From Candidatus Curtissbacteria bacterium RIFCSPLOWO2_02_FULL_40_11 (GTDB taxonomy: Bacteria > Patescibacteriota > Microgenomatia > Curtissbacterales > GWA2-41-24): a stretch of 43,030 nt of DNA. A model generated the notes under the pieces. The model searched no databases, had not been told where the DNA came from, and saw only the letters and a program-made list of their open reading frames with translations. Made by a program: the position numbers and the translations under genes. The stretch spans positions 862 to 43,891 of the forward strand of contig MFBV01000001.1 of NCBI GenBank assembly GCA_001776505.1, in the 5' to 3' direction. How positions within the stretch are numbered: the stretch's first letter is position 1; the number at the start of each line of letters is the position of its first letter. Shown here piece by piece: positions 25,858 through 32,774 of the stretch.

Positions 25858-27135
25858 ATGCCAAAAGATAAAGTAATTGTTGGCGTCGACATAGGGTCAA
25901 CTAAAATCTCCACGATTATTGCTACTCTCGAAGATGAAGAAAAATTAAATATCATTGGGGCAGCTTCTACTCCGGCAAAAGGTCTTAGAAAAGGTCAAGT
26001 TGTCGACATCGACGAATCAGTAGCCAGTATCACTCAGTCGCTTGAATCCTCAGAGCGAATGGCAGGATATTCAATTGGGGCAGCTTTTGTTTCTGTCGAC
26101 GGCACACACATTGAGTCTCAAAACTCAAAAGGTGTTGTAGCGGTTTCCAATCCAGAAGCCGAGATTTCCGAGGCAGATGTTGGGAGAGTTATCGAAGCGG
26201 CGAGAGCAATATCCCTACCCTCCTCTAGAGAAATTATTCACGTTATCCCAAGACATTTTGTAGTCGATTCTCAAAGCGGAATAAAAGATCCAATTGGAAT
26301 GAATGGGGTGAGACTAGAAGTTGAGACTAATATTGTCACAGGTGCGGCGACTGCACTTCGCAATATAGCCAAGTGCGCAAGTCAAGTAGGTGTAGATGTT
26401 GAAGCCATGGTTTTTGCGGGTCTTGCGTCAACATATTCGGTTTTGACAGATACCGAAAAAGAGCTCGGAGTTATCTTAGTAGATTTCGGTGGGGGGACTA
26501 CAGATATTTGTATATTTTTAGAGGGTGCACCTGCTCACTGTGCGGTAATCCCTATCGGCGCAAGAAATGTTACGAACGACCTTGCCATAGGCCTTAGAAT
26601 ATCCCTGGATTCGGCTGAGAAAATAAAACTGGCGCTTTCTAAAGCTCCTAATGTTGCTGTTGAGCCAGATGAAAACGGTAAGCCTCAAGACAAAAAAGAA
26701 TCAGACGATCTTGATATTTTAAGCCTGTCGATAGAAGAAGATTTAAAATCTGTTTCTAAAAAAACCTTAACGGATGGTATTATAAAACCGAGACTAAAAG
26801 AAATTCTTACGATGGTAAAACTCGAAATCCAAAAATCAGGATTTGGTAGTTTGACTCCTTCCGGAGTTGTAATAACTGGGGGAGGAGCAGCAACTTCTGG
26901 CATGGTAGAGTTAGCAAAATCAGAACTCGCAATGCCTGCAAGAATAGGTGTTCCTCAAAATTTAACTGGCTTAGTAGACGAAGTTTCTACTCCACAGTTT
27001 GCTACAAGCGTTGGCCTGGTTATGTATGGTGCAGGATTTCAGCAAGAAGACGTCCGTTTGCCTCTTGTTGGCAGAATTGAAATTAAGAGTCTTTTCAACA
27101 AAGGTGTTGGTATTGTCAAAAACCTTCTTCCGTAA
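25858..27135 (+). CDS. ftsA: Cell division protein FtsA
   Basis: 425 aa. VGVDIGSTKIS and VDFGGGTTDICIF actin-fold phosphate motifs, ITGGGA. Confidence 0.95.
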   Translation: MPKDKVIVGVDIGSTKISTIIATLEDEEKLNIIGAASTPAKGLRKGQVVDIDESVASITQSLESSERMAGYSIGAAFVSVDGTHIESQNSKGVVAVSNPEAEISEADVGRVIEAARAISLPSSREIIHVIPRHFVVDSQSGIKDPIGMNGVRLEVETNIVTGAATALRNIAKCASQVGVDVEAMVFAGLASTYSVLTDTEKELGVILVDFGGGTTDICIFLEGAPAHCAVIPIGARNVTNDLAIGLRISLDSAEKIKLALSKAPNVAVEPDENGKPQDKKESDDLDILSLSIEEDLKSVSKKTLTDGIIKPRLKEILTMVKLEIQKSGFGSLTPSGVVITGGGAATSGMVELAKSELAMPARIGVPQNLTGLVDEVSTPQFATSVGLVMYGAGFQQEDVRLPLVGRIEIKSLFNKGVGIVKNLLP

Positions 27136-27138
27136 ACC

Positions 27139-27167
27139 TTGAAAATATAACCCCGCTGTGATAAATT
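27139..27167 (+). promoter_or_regulatory. Internal promoter TTGAAA-17-(TG)aTAAATT upstream of ftsZ
   Basis: TTGAAA at 27139-27144, TG at 27159-27160, TAAATT at 27162-27167, ATG at 27189. Confidence 0.4.
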
Positions 27168-27188
27168 GCAGCAAGCTTTTAACCTCGT

Positions 27189-28286
27189 ATGTTAATTAAA
27201 CCAGATGTAAACAGATTTGCCAAAATAAAAGTTCTCGGACTCGGTGGCGGTGGCACTAACGCTCTCAATTCAATGATTACTCAAGCCCAAATACAAGGTG
27301 TAGATTTTGTTGCTGTTAATACCGACCAACAACACCTACTTGCTTCTCAGGCCCAAACAAAAGTTCAAATTGGCGACGGTTTAACAAAAGGCTTAGGTGC
27401 CGGGGCAGACCCCGAGATTGGCCGAAAAGCAGCAGAAGAATCTCTGGAGCGAATTAAAGAAACAATTACTGGGGCCGACATGGTTTTTCTAACTTATGGT
27501 GCGGGCGGAGGCACAGGAACAGGTGCTGGACCAGTGATTGCGGAACTTGCCAAAAAACTCGGCATTTTAACAATTGGAGTTATTACAAAACCATTTGGAT
27601 TTGAAGGAACCAGAAGAATGGTTGTAGCCGACGAAGGGATAGAAATCCTGAAAGATAAAGTCGATACACTAATTGTTATCCCTAATCAAAAACTACTGGA
27701 TGTTGTCGATGAAAATGTTTCTCTTCTAGAAGCATTTAAATTAGCAGATTCAGTCCTCTCACAAGGTGTGCAGGGGATATCTGATATTATAGTTGTTCCA
27801 GGCTTAATCAATGTTGACTTTGCAGATGTTAAAGCAATAATGAAGAGCGCAGGATCAACACTTATGGGTGTCGGTAGCGCAACCGGCGAAAATCGGGCAG
27901 CAACTGCTGCCAGAAGCGCAGTAGCCTCACCTCTCTTAGATACTTCTATTGAAGGGGCCCGAGGAGTTCTCTTCAACATTACTGGTGGTTCTGACATGAC
28001 CATGAACGAAGTCGATGAGGCTGCAAAGGTCATTACCTCTCAGGCAGATCCAGATGCGCAAATAATATTCGGCGCAGCAATTGACGAAAAATTAATAGAT
28101 CAGATAAAGGTGACAGTAATTGCCACAGGATTTGATGAGACTCGACAACAATACGCAAGACCAACTGTTCAAGATGTACTAGATACAGAAGGCAAGGAGC
28201 TGGAAGAAGGCGAAAAACCAGCCGGTGATGGACAGATGGAAGACGATGAATTCGACGTTCCCACTTTTTTACGTCAAATACGTTAA
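27189..28286 (+). CDS. ftsZ: Cell division GTPase FtsZ
   Basis: 365 aa. GLGGGGTNA, tubulin signature [12 protein letters not shown]-terminal FtsA-binding peptide [12 protein letters not shown]. Confidence 0.98.
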   Translation: MLIKPDVNRFAKIKVLGLGGGGTNALNSMITQAQIQGVDFVAVNTDQQHLLASQAQTKVQIGDGLTKGLGAGADPEIGRKAAEESLERIKETITGADMVFLTYGAGGGTGTGAGPVIAELAKKLGILTIGVITKPFGFEGTRRMVVADEGIEILKDKVDTLIVIPNQKLLDVVDENVSLLEAFKLADSVLSQGVQGISDIIVVPGLINVDFADVKAIMKSAGSTLMGVGSATGENRAATAARSAVASPLLDTSIEGARGVLFNITGGSDMTMNEVDEAAKVITSQADPDAQIIFGAAIDEKLIDQIKVTVIATGFDETRQQYARPTVQDVLDTEGKELEEGEKPAGDGQMEDDEFDVPTFLRQIR

Positions 28287-28300
28287 ACTTTCCCAGCATA

Positions 28301-28329
28301 TTGACTATCTGTACATAATGTACTAATAT
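28301..28329 (+). promoter_or_regulatory. Promoter TTGACT-17-TAATAT with embedded 13-bp palindrome GTACATAATGTAC (candidate antitoxin operator)
   Basis: TTGACT at 28301-28306, palindrome at 28311-28323, TAATAT at 28324-28329, ATG at 28336 (6-nt gap). Confidence 0.55.
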
Positions 28330-28335
28330 CAAAAT

Positions 28336-28614
28336 ATGAACGTAGTTGTTTCCATAAGTCAATTTCGTCAAAATATCGCTTCATATATTGAAAGAGCCAA
28401 AAAAGGAGATACAGTTATCTTAAAAGACGAGAAAAAAGACCAGCAGATGGTCCAGCTTGTTGGAAAGAAAAAGTTCAATCCTGAAGCATTTGGAAGAGCA
28501 CTAAAGACAGCTGCTGGTGTGTTCTCCGCAAAGAATCACCCCGAGTGGAGGACAAAAAAAGATGTAATTAAATGGGTCGAGCAAACAAGAAAAGCATCTG
28601 ACCGTATCTTTTAG
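28336..28614 (+). CDS. Phd/YefM-type antitoxin
   Basis: 92 aa. N-terminus VVSISQFRQNIASYIERAKKGDTVILKD is the Phd/YefM pattern. Immediately upstream of the PIN toxin. Confidence 0.75.
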   Translation: MNVVVSISQFRQNIASYIERAKKGDTVILKDEKKDQQMVQLVGKKKFNPEAFGRALKTAAGVFSAKNHPEWRTKKDVIKWVEQTRKASDRIF

Positions 28615-28616
28615 AC

Positions 28617-29015
28617 GTGTATTTACTTGATACGGATATTATCATTTGGGTTTTACGCGGCAATAAAAAATACGAAGAGTTACTTCAAAATTTAAAAGAC
28701 AAAGATACACTTTCTATCTCAACAGTAACAATTGCCGAAATTTATAAAAATATTTTTCCTTCCGAAATTGTAAAGACCGAAAATGTGCTTGGCGAGCTTG
28801 AGACTTGGGACGTGACCTCGTCTATTGCAAAACAAGCTGGTCTTTATTGGCAAGAATATGTAAAACAGCTTAAAAATTTAAACCTAACGGATTGTTTAAT
28901 TGCTGCAACTGCAAATGTTAACAATCTGACACTAGTTTCGTTAAATACTAAGCATTTTCCCATGAAAGACATAAAAACCTTAAGCCCTCTTAGACAAAAC
29001 GAAACTACAGGATAG
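28617..29015 (+). CDS. vapC: PIN-domain toxin VapC
   Basis: 132 aa, GTG start 2 nt after the antitoxin stop. LLDTDIIIW (first acidic residue), TIAEIY, LTDCLIAATA. Confidence 0.85.
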   Translation: MYLLDTDIIIWVLRGNKKYEELLQNLKDKDTLSISTVTIAEIYKNIFPSEIVKTENVLGELETWDVTSSIAKQAGLYWQEYVKQLKNLNLTDCLIAATANVNNLTLVSLNTKHFPMKDIKTLSPLRQNETTG

Positions 29016-29098
29016 TTATAGTAGAGGAGTTAAGGTTAATCTCCTAAAGTGACAATTTTTACACACCTTTATTTTAGAAGCTAATTTGAAGCTAGAGT

Positions 29099-29132
29099 AG
29101 TAACGTCGTACTACGTTGATTGTGCGACGCAC
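29099..29132 (+). repeat. 34-nt intergenic repeat R1 (AGTAACGTCGTACTACGTTGATTGTGCGACGCAC)
   Basis: 25/34 identical to R2 at 31277-31310, with exact blocks AGTAACGTC, TAC and ATTGTGCGACGCA. Contains the palindrome GTGCGaCGCAC. Confidence 0.6.
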
Positions 29133-29160
29133 TTCTTAAAAATCATGACAGCTCAGCAAA

Positions 29161-29169
29161 TGATATAAT
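29161..29169 (+). promoter_or_regulatory. Extended -10 (TGaTATAAT) for mntA-hepT
   Basis: TATAAT at 29164-29169 and ATG at 29176 (6-nt gap), so predicted leaderless. Confidence 0.5.
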
Positions 29170-29175
29170 TACAAT

Positions 29176-29463
29176 ATGAAAGCAGATTTAGAAGACATTA
29201 AAAAGAAAGCAGTGCCAATTCTAAAAGAGGCTGGGGTGACCCGTTCTTCGATTTTCGGCTCTTATGTTCGTGGTGAAGCAAAAAAAAACAGCGATATTGA
29301 TATTTTGGTTGATTTCCCAAGAGGCAAGGGGTTATTTGCGTTTGTAGGCTTGCAGCAAAGGCTCGAAGAAGTTCTTGGGATAAAAGTTGATCTTGGGGAA
29401 TACAGTACGCTTAAACCACGTATAAAAGACCAAGTTCTTTCCCAGCAAGTTAGAATTATATAA
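29176..29463 (+). CDS. mntA: MNT-type nucleotidyltransferase antitoxin (MntA)
   Basis: 95 aa. FGSYVRGEAKKNSDIDILVDF is the GSxxRG...DxD minimal nucleotidyltransferase motif. Confidence 0.9.
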   Translation: MKADLEDIKKKAVPILKEAGVTRSSIFGSYVRGEAKKNSDIDILVDFPRGKGLFAFVGLQQRLEEVLGIKVDLGEYSTLKPRIKDQVLSQQVRII

Positions 29464-29474
29464 ACAATCAGCCC

Positions 29475-29804
29475 ATGCAAAGAGATATAGGTTTGTACCT
29501 TGATGATATTTTAGAAAGCATAGAAAAGATTGAGGAATATACCCACGATTTAAGCGAAGAAGAGTTTTCCAGAAATACCGAGACCCAAGACGCAGTTCTA
29601 AGAAGATTAGCAATTATCGGTGAAGCTGTTAAACACCTTCCAGAAGACTTAAAAGAAAAACACAAGCAAATTCCTTGGAAACAGATTGCAGGTGCAAGAG
29701 ACATATTTGTTCATGAGTATTTTGGTGTTGGTATTGAAAGAGTTTGGGAAACAATCCAAGAAGATTTACCAGAGCTAAAGAAAGTGGTTGAAGAAATAAT
29801 CTAG
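29475..29804 (+). CDS. hepT: HEPN (DUF86) RNase toxin HepT
   Basis: 109 aa. RDIFVHEY matches the Rx4HxY HEPN catalytic motif. Paired with MNT. Confidence 0.9.
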   Translation: MQRDIGLYLDDILESIEKIEEYTHDLSEEEFSRNTETQDAVLRRLAIIGEAVKHLPEDLKEKHKQIPWKQIAGARDIFVHEYFGVGIERVWETIQEDLPELKKVVEEII

Positions 29805-30529
29805 GGTGCAGAGTTTGGTACGGGCAACCCTTTTAAATCTTCCTGTTTAGCAAAAGTGAAATTGGCATTTAGAAGATTTTTGCCTCTGAGATAGCCATTA
29901 ACGAAGCTATATCCCTTAACTCTCAGTCGAACATTACTACCAACTATTCCCAAGTTAACCACATCTATAAATTCTGGTCTGTTAAAAACGAATGAAACTC
30001 TTGGAGTTTCAACTTCTGGGTCAGTTCTCAAAACCATCTTATCAACTGGAATCTCCGTAATTAGTATGTCCTGTCCGTTTGGTGACCATGCAAATTGGAT
30101 ACTAGATGCTGTTCTGGAATCAGACTCATACTTCCCTTCGCCACTCATGGTTGAGAATAATAAAAATCCGCTTCCATGCATTTCAAATGCTCCTTGAGCC
30201 TGTGCCCATACCCCTCTTTGGACATTTGCGGGGGCAAGAAGTTCATGGTCTCCGACCAACCCTTTTTCAGCTAAATCTCTTTCAAATTCTTCTATAGCTT
30301 GCTTCTCTGCCTGATTGAAAGAATTCCTCCATTCACGATATTTTCTCCCAGTAAACACATCCAAAGGACGTCTACTAATTCTGACTGAAATATCACGCCC
30401 TTGTTCAGGCCACGCAAGATGAGCAGACTCGGGTCTTGCTAGAGCTGTTTCATCGGCACCACTTGGGACAATAGCTCGTTCTTCGTTTGCCACAGCCAGA
30501 TTATAGAGGTGCAATACGTATAAAATCAA
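29801..30529 (-). CDS. Hypothetical protein (242 aa ORF, true start possibly GTG at 30493)
   Basis: Open from TTG 30529. An in-frame GTG at 30493 lies 6 nt after a minus-strand TATAAT. No recognised motif. GC-richer than the backbone. Shares a CTAG stop overlap with hepT. Confidence 0.7.
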   Translation of the reverse strand: MILYVLHLYNLAVANEERAIVPSGADETALARPESAHLAWPEQGRDISVRISRRPLDVFTGRKYREWRNSFNQAEKQAIEEFERDLAEKGLVGDHELLAPANVQRGVWAQAQGAFEMHGSGFLLFSTMSGEGKYESDSRTASSIQFAWSPNGQDILITEIPVDKMVLRTDPEVETPRVSFVFNRPEFIDVVNLGIVGSNVRLRVKGYSFVNGYLRGKNLLNANFTFAKQEDLKGLPVPNSAP

Positions 30530-30550
30530 TAGAGAATAAATCTAAGCCTG

Positions 30551-30652
30551 TTGCAATCTTTCCCATCATTAAGTATTCTTTACTTACCTTTTGAGGACTA
30601 AAGAATAGCTTGATCTATTATTGGGGTTGCTGATTGCTTTTGAACCTAAAAA
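30551..30652. repeat. Non-coding module L-A (~102 nt), paralogue of L-B
   Basis: Hand alignment with 32483-32583 gives 76 matches over ~102 columns with one 1-nt indel. Contains the hairpin AATAG-cttgat-CTATT (30604-30619). Confidence 0.7.
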
Positions 30653-30714
30653 TGGCACCTGACTTAGGAATCCCCACTTTTCTAATGCAAATTAGATAAA
30701 ACAGCCTTATCTTC

Positions 30715-30743
30715 TTGACATTTTGTACATAATATCGTAACAT
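30715..30743 (+). promoter_or_regulatory. Promoter TTGACA-17-TAACAT for the Phd/YefM-RelE operon, sharing TGTACATAAT with the 28301 promoter
   Basis: TTGACA at 30715-30720, TGTACATAAT at 30724-30733, TAACAT at 30738-30743, ATG at 30753. Confidence 0.45.
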
Positions 30744-30752
30744 CAAGATAAT

Positions 30753-31034
30753 ATGACACATACACTACCTATATCAAAAGCCAGAGAAGAGTTTGCAGAA
30801 TTAGTTGAAAACGCCAAAAAACGCCTGGACGAATATATTATTACTGTAAATGGCTCACCAGCCGCGGCCATTATATCTGCAGCAGAGTATGAATCATGGA
30901 AAGAGACAGAAGAAATTTTAGCTGACAAAGAACTAATGAAAGCTATAAAGCAAGGTGATAAAGACATAGAAGAAGGCAAGGTTCACGACTGGGAAGATGT
31001 TAAAAAAGAGCTGAAGCTTGATGTACAAAGTTAA
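30753..31034 (+). CDS. Phd/YefM-family antitoxin
   Basis: 93 aa. LPISKAREEFAELVENA...ITVNGSPAAAIISAAEYESWKETEEIL is the classical YefM/Phd pattern. Confidence 0.9.
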   Translation: MTHTLPISKAREEFAELVENAKKRLDEYIITVNGSPAAAIISAAEYESWKETEEILADKELMKAIKQGDKDIEEGKVHDWEDVKKELKLDVQS

Positions 31035-31281
31035 GCTCACGGCAAAAGCAAAAAAAGAACTAAAACAAATCTCCAGAAGGCATCAACTCGCACTAGGACA
31101 AATCTTCGACGAGCTAAAAGAAGCTCCAGATCTTGGGAAGCCACTAGGCAGAGAACTAACAGGCAAATTTTCCTACAGAATCAGTGTATACAGAATTGTT
31201 TATAAAGTGAACGAAAAAGACAAAATTGTCTACATAACAACCGCAGGTCACCGTTCAATAGCTTACGGAAAGCGAAAGTAA
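31018..31281 (+). CDS. relE: RelE/ParE-family toxin
   Basis: 87 aa. KVKLTAKAKKELKQI...YRISVYRIVYKV.EKDKIVYITTAGHR is the RelE/StbE-type pattern. 17-nt overlap with the antitoxin gene. Confidence 0.85.
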   Translation: MMYKVKLTAKAKKELKQISRRHQLALGQIFDELKEAPDLGKPLGRELTGKFSYRISVYRIVYKVNEKDKIVYITTAGHRSIAYGKRK

Positions 31282-31310
31282 CGTCCTACATTAGCCATTG
31301 TGCGACGCAT
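31277..31310 (+). repeat. 34-nt intergenic repeat R2 (AGTAACGTCCTACATTAGCCATTGTGCGACGCAT)
   Basis: Same orientation as R1. Overlaps the relE stop codon (31279-31281) and ends 7 nt from the stop of the convergent 376-aa gene. Confidence 0.6.
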
Positions 31311-31317
31311 AATTAAC

Positions 31318-32448
31318 TTATGAGATCCTTAGAATATCGGGATTTTTTGCAATTTGTTTTAGGAATGCTTTAGCATCTTTCTTTAAACCTTCATGGAGTC
31401 GGCCGAAGTACGCCCCTTCTTCTTTTGTGAGATATTCAGGGTACAAAACTGACGCCATATAAAATTCTGCAAAAGTTTCATGAATCATTGCTACAGATGC
31501 GTATTGGGTAAGTCTTATCTTTTTAGTTGCCAACCAAGGAATTTGTTCGTATGGTCCTTCACCCCAGACCTCTGTATCACGTATCCAAGCCCCTGGTGAC
31601 CCCCAAGGATATTCACCCCCCTTCTCAATAGCTTGTTTATAGTCGTCTGAGTCAGGCCCCAACCCCGTTTCGTCAATGGGAATGAGTTTCCAGCCATTAA
31701 CTTTGGCAAACGATTGGTAGATTGGATGATTAGCAAGCACATTAAAGTATGGGACGTACATAGAGTTGGAACTTTCATTTTTGTAAGCTTCTAAGGGCCT
31801 TGCGAGATAAAAAACAGCGTCGGCCAGGGCATGACCGTATTCATGAAGCACCGTTCTGTTAAAAGCATCTCGGTATGTTCCTAGCGGAATCTCGTCAAAG
31901 GCAGTGCTTCGGCCTCTGTCACCTGCAATTCCTGTAAATACTAGTGACGGTTCGACTTCTCTGTCTGGACTAAAGTTTTCAGGCAGGAAGAGTGCAGTTG
32001 CGGCATCTTCATCTAAATGATCAGAGTTGAATTTCTTTATACTTGATGACCATCTACGTCCCCAGTAGATGCCAGTAATGCCAGAATCGTCTGACTCCGA
32101 CTTGTATCTGTAAGGCAAAAGTAAGGGGGCAAGTTTGCCTGCGTAAGGGATGCGTGATAAGCTTTCTTCAATGATATTTGCTTCATCTGTTGTAAGATCT
32201 GCAGGGTTTCGTTCAGACAGATCATAAAGCTTGGGATACGTATCTTCTTTTATGAAAAAACGCTCATCTGTGTTTAATGGAACCAGAACTCCAAATCTAG
32301 CTGAAATTTGATTTTCCGAAGACTTAGTTAAAGTCTCAAAGAGTTTCCAGCCGCCTACAGCTGCCGCTCCTCCAACAACAAATGAACTTCCTGATACGAT
32401 CAAAAACTTTCTTCTGGAAATTCTCCTTGAATGTTCTATCTCTTGCAC
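31318..32448 (-). CDS. Predicted Tat-exported HExxH zinc-metallopeptidase-like protein
   Basis: 376 aa, GTG start. Twin-arginine N-terminus SRRISRRKFLIVSGSSFVVGGAAAVGG. TVLHEYGHALADA is an HExxH motif. GC-richer than the backbone. Confidence 0.6.
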   Translation of the reverse strand: MQEIEHSRRISRRKFLIVSGSSFVVGGAAAVGGWKLFETLTKSSENQISARFGVLVPLNTDERFFIKEDTYPKLYDLSERNPADLTTDEANIIEESLSRIPYAGKLAPLLLPYRYKSESDDSGITGIYWGRRWSSSIKKFNSDHLDEDAATALFLPENFSPDREVEPSLVFTGIAGDRGRSTAFDEIPLGTYRDAFNRTVLHEYGHALADAVFYLARPLEAYKNESSNSMYVPYFNVLANHPIYQSFAKVNGWKLIPIDETGLGPDSDDYKQAIEKGGEYPWGSPGAWIRDTEVWGEGPYEQIPWLATKKIRLTQYASVAMIHETFAEFYMASVLYPEYLTKEEGAYFGRLHEGLKKDAKAFLKQIAKNPDILRIS

Positions 32449-32482
32449 AATTGGCCAATTTTAACAGATTTTATACGGCTTA

Positions 32483-32583
32483 TTGCAATTTTTCCTGCAA
32501 TTATGTATTCTTGGCTTGCCTTCCGAGGACTAAGGAAAGACTTGATCTTTCTTGGAGTAATTGGTTGTTTTTGAACCTAAATA
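32483..32583. repeat. Non-coding module L-B (~101 nt), paralogue of L-A
   Basis: See L-A. Contains the hairpin GAAAGA-cttga-TCTTTC (32535-32551) at the aligned position. Starts 34 nt from the start codon of the 376-aa gene. Confidence 0.7.
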
Positions 32584-32619
32584 AAATACTCAATATGTGA
32601 AGCAAGAAGTATTTTGATT

Positions 32620-32651
32620 CTCGCTTCGCCGAGTCTGACTCGGCTTCGCTC
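32620..32651 (-). repeat. GA-rich hairpin element, copy 2 (minus strand: GAGCGAAG-CCGAG-TCAGA-CTCGG-CGAAGCGAG)
   Basis: 28/32 identical to copy 1 (1592-1623). The two stem differences are complementary (T:A to C:G). Confidence 0.6.
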
Positions 32652-32774
32652 AAAATAGGGTAGATGTTTCTAGAAATCTTGCGATTTCTGAGGTGCTTTT
32701 CGGCAAAGCTGGATGCGCGCCTAAGGAATTTCCAGATTCCTAAAGCAAATAAGATAAATCTAAATCTAGAATAA

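Noticed and set aside
28268-28288. ACGTC-aaa-TACGTT at the ftsZ stop as a third, degenerate copy of the R repeat marking the island border
   Set aside because: Only two short blocks match, with different spacing, and the ATTGTGCGACGCA block is absent. This is too weak to distinguish from chance.
25530-28371. Long antisense ORFs inside ftsQ/ftsA/ftsZ (25530-25955, 27686-28033, 28033-28371) and similar shadow ORFs elsewhere (for example 11350-11676, 20503-20784, 22580-22864, 36806-37120)
   Set aside because: They lie opposite strongly supported conserved genes, have biased low-complexity translations and no start signals. These are typical shadow ORFs.
29099-31310. R1/R2 as integron attC sites
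   Set aside because: No integron integrase or attI is present. The repeats lack the paired R''/L''-L'/R' arrangement with a terminal GTTRRRY core. Only short internal palindromes are present.
30551-32583. L-A/L-B as a diversity-generating retroelement template/variable repeat pair
   Set aside because: No reverse transcriptase (no YxDD-containing ORF) is present in the window. Neither copy lies in a coding region. The differences include an indel and are not restricted to adenine positions.
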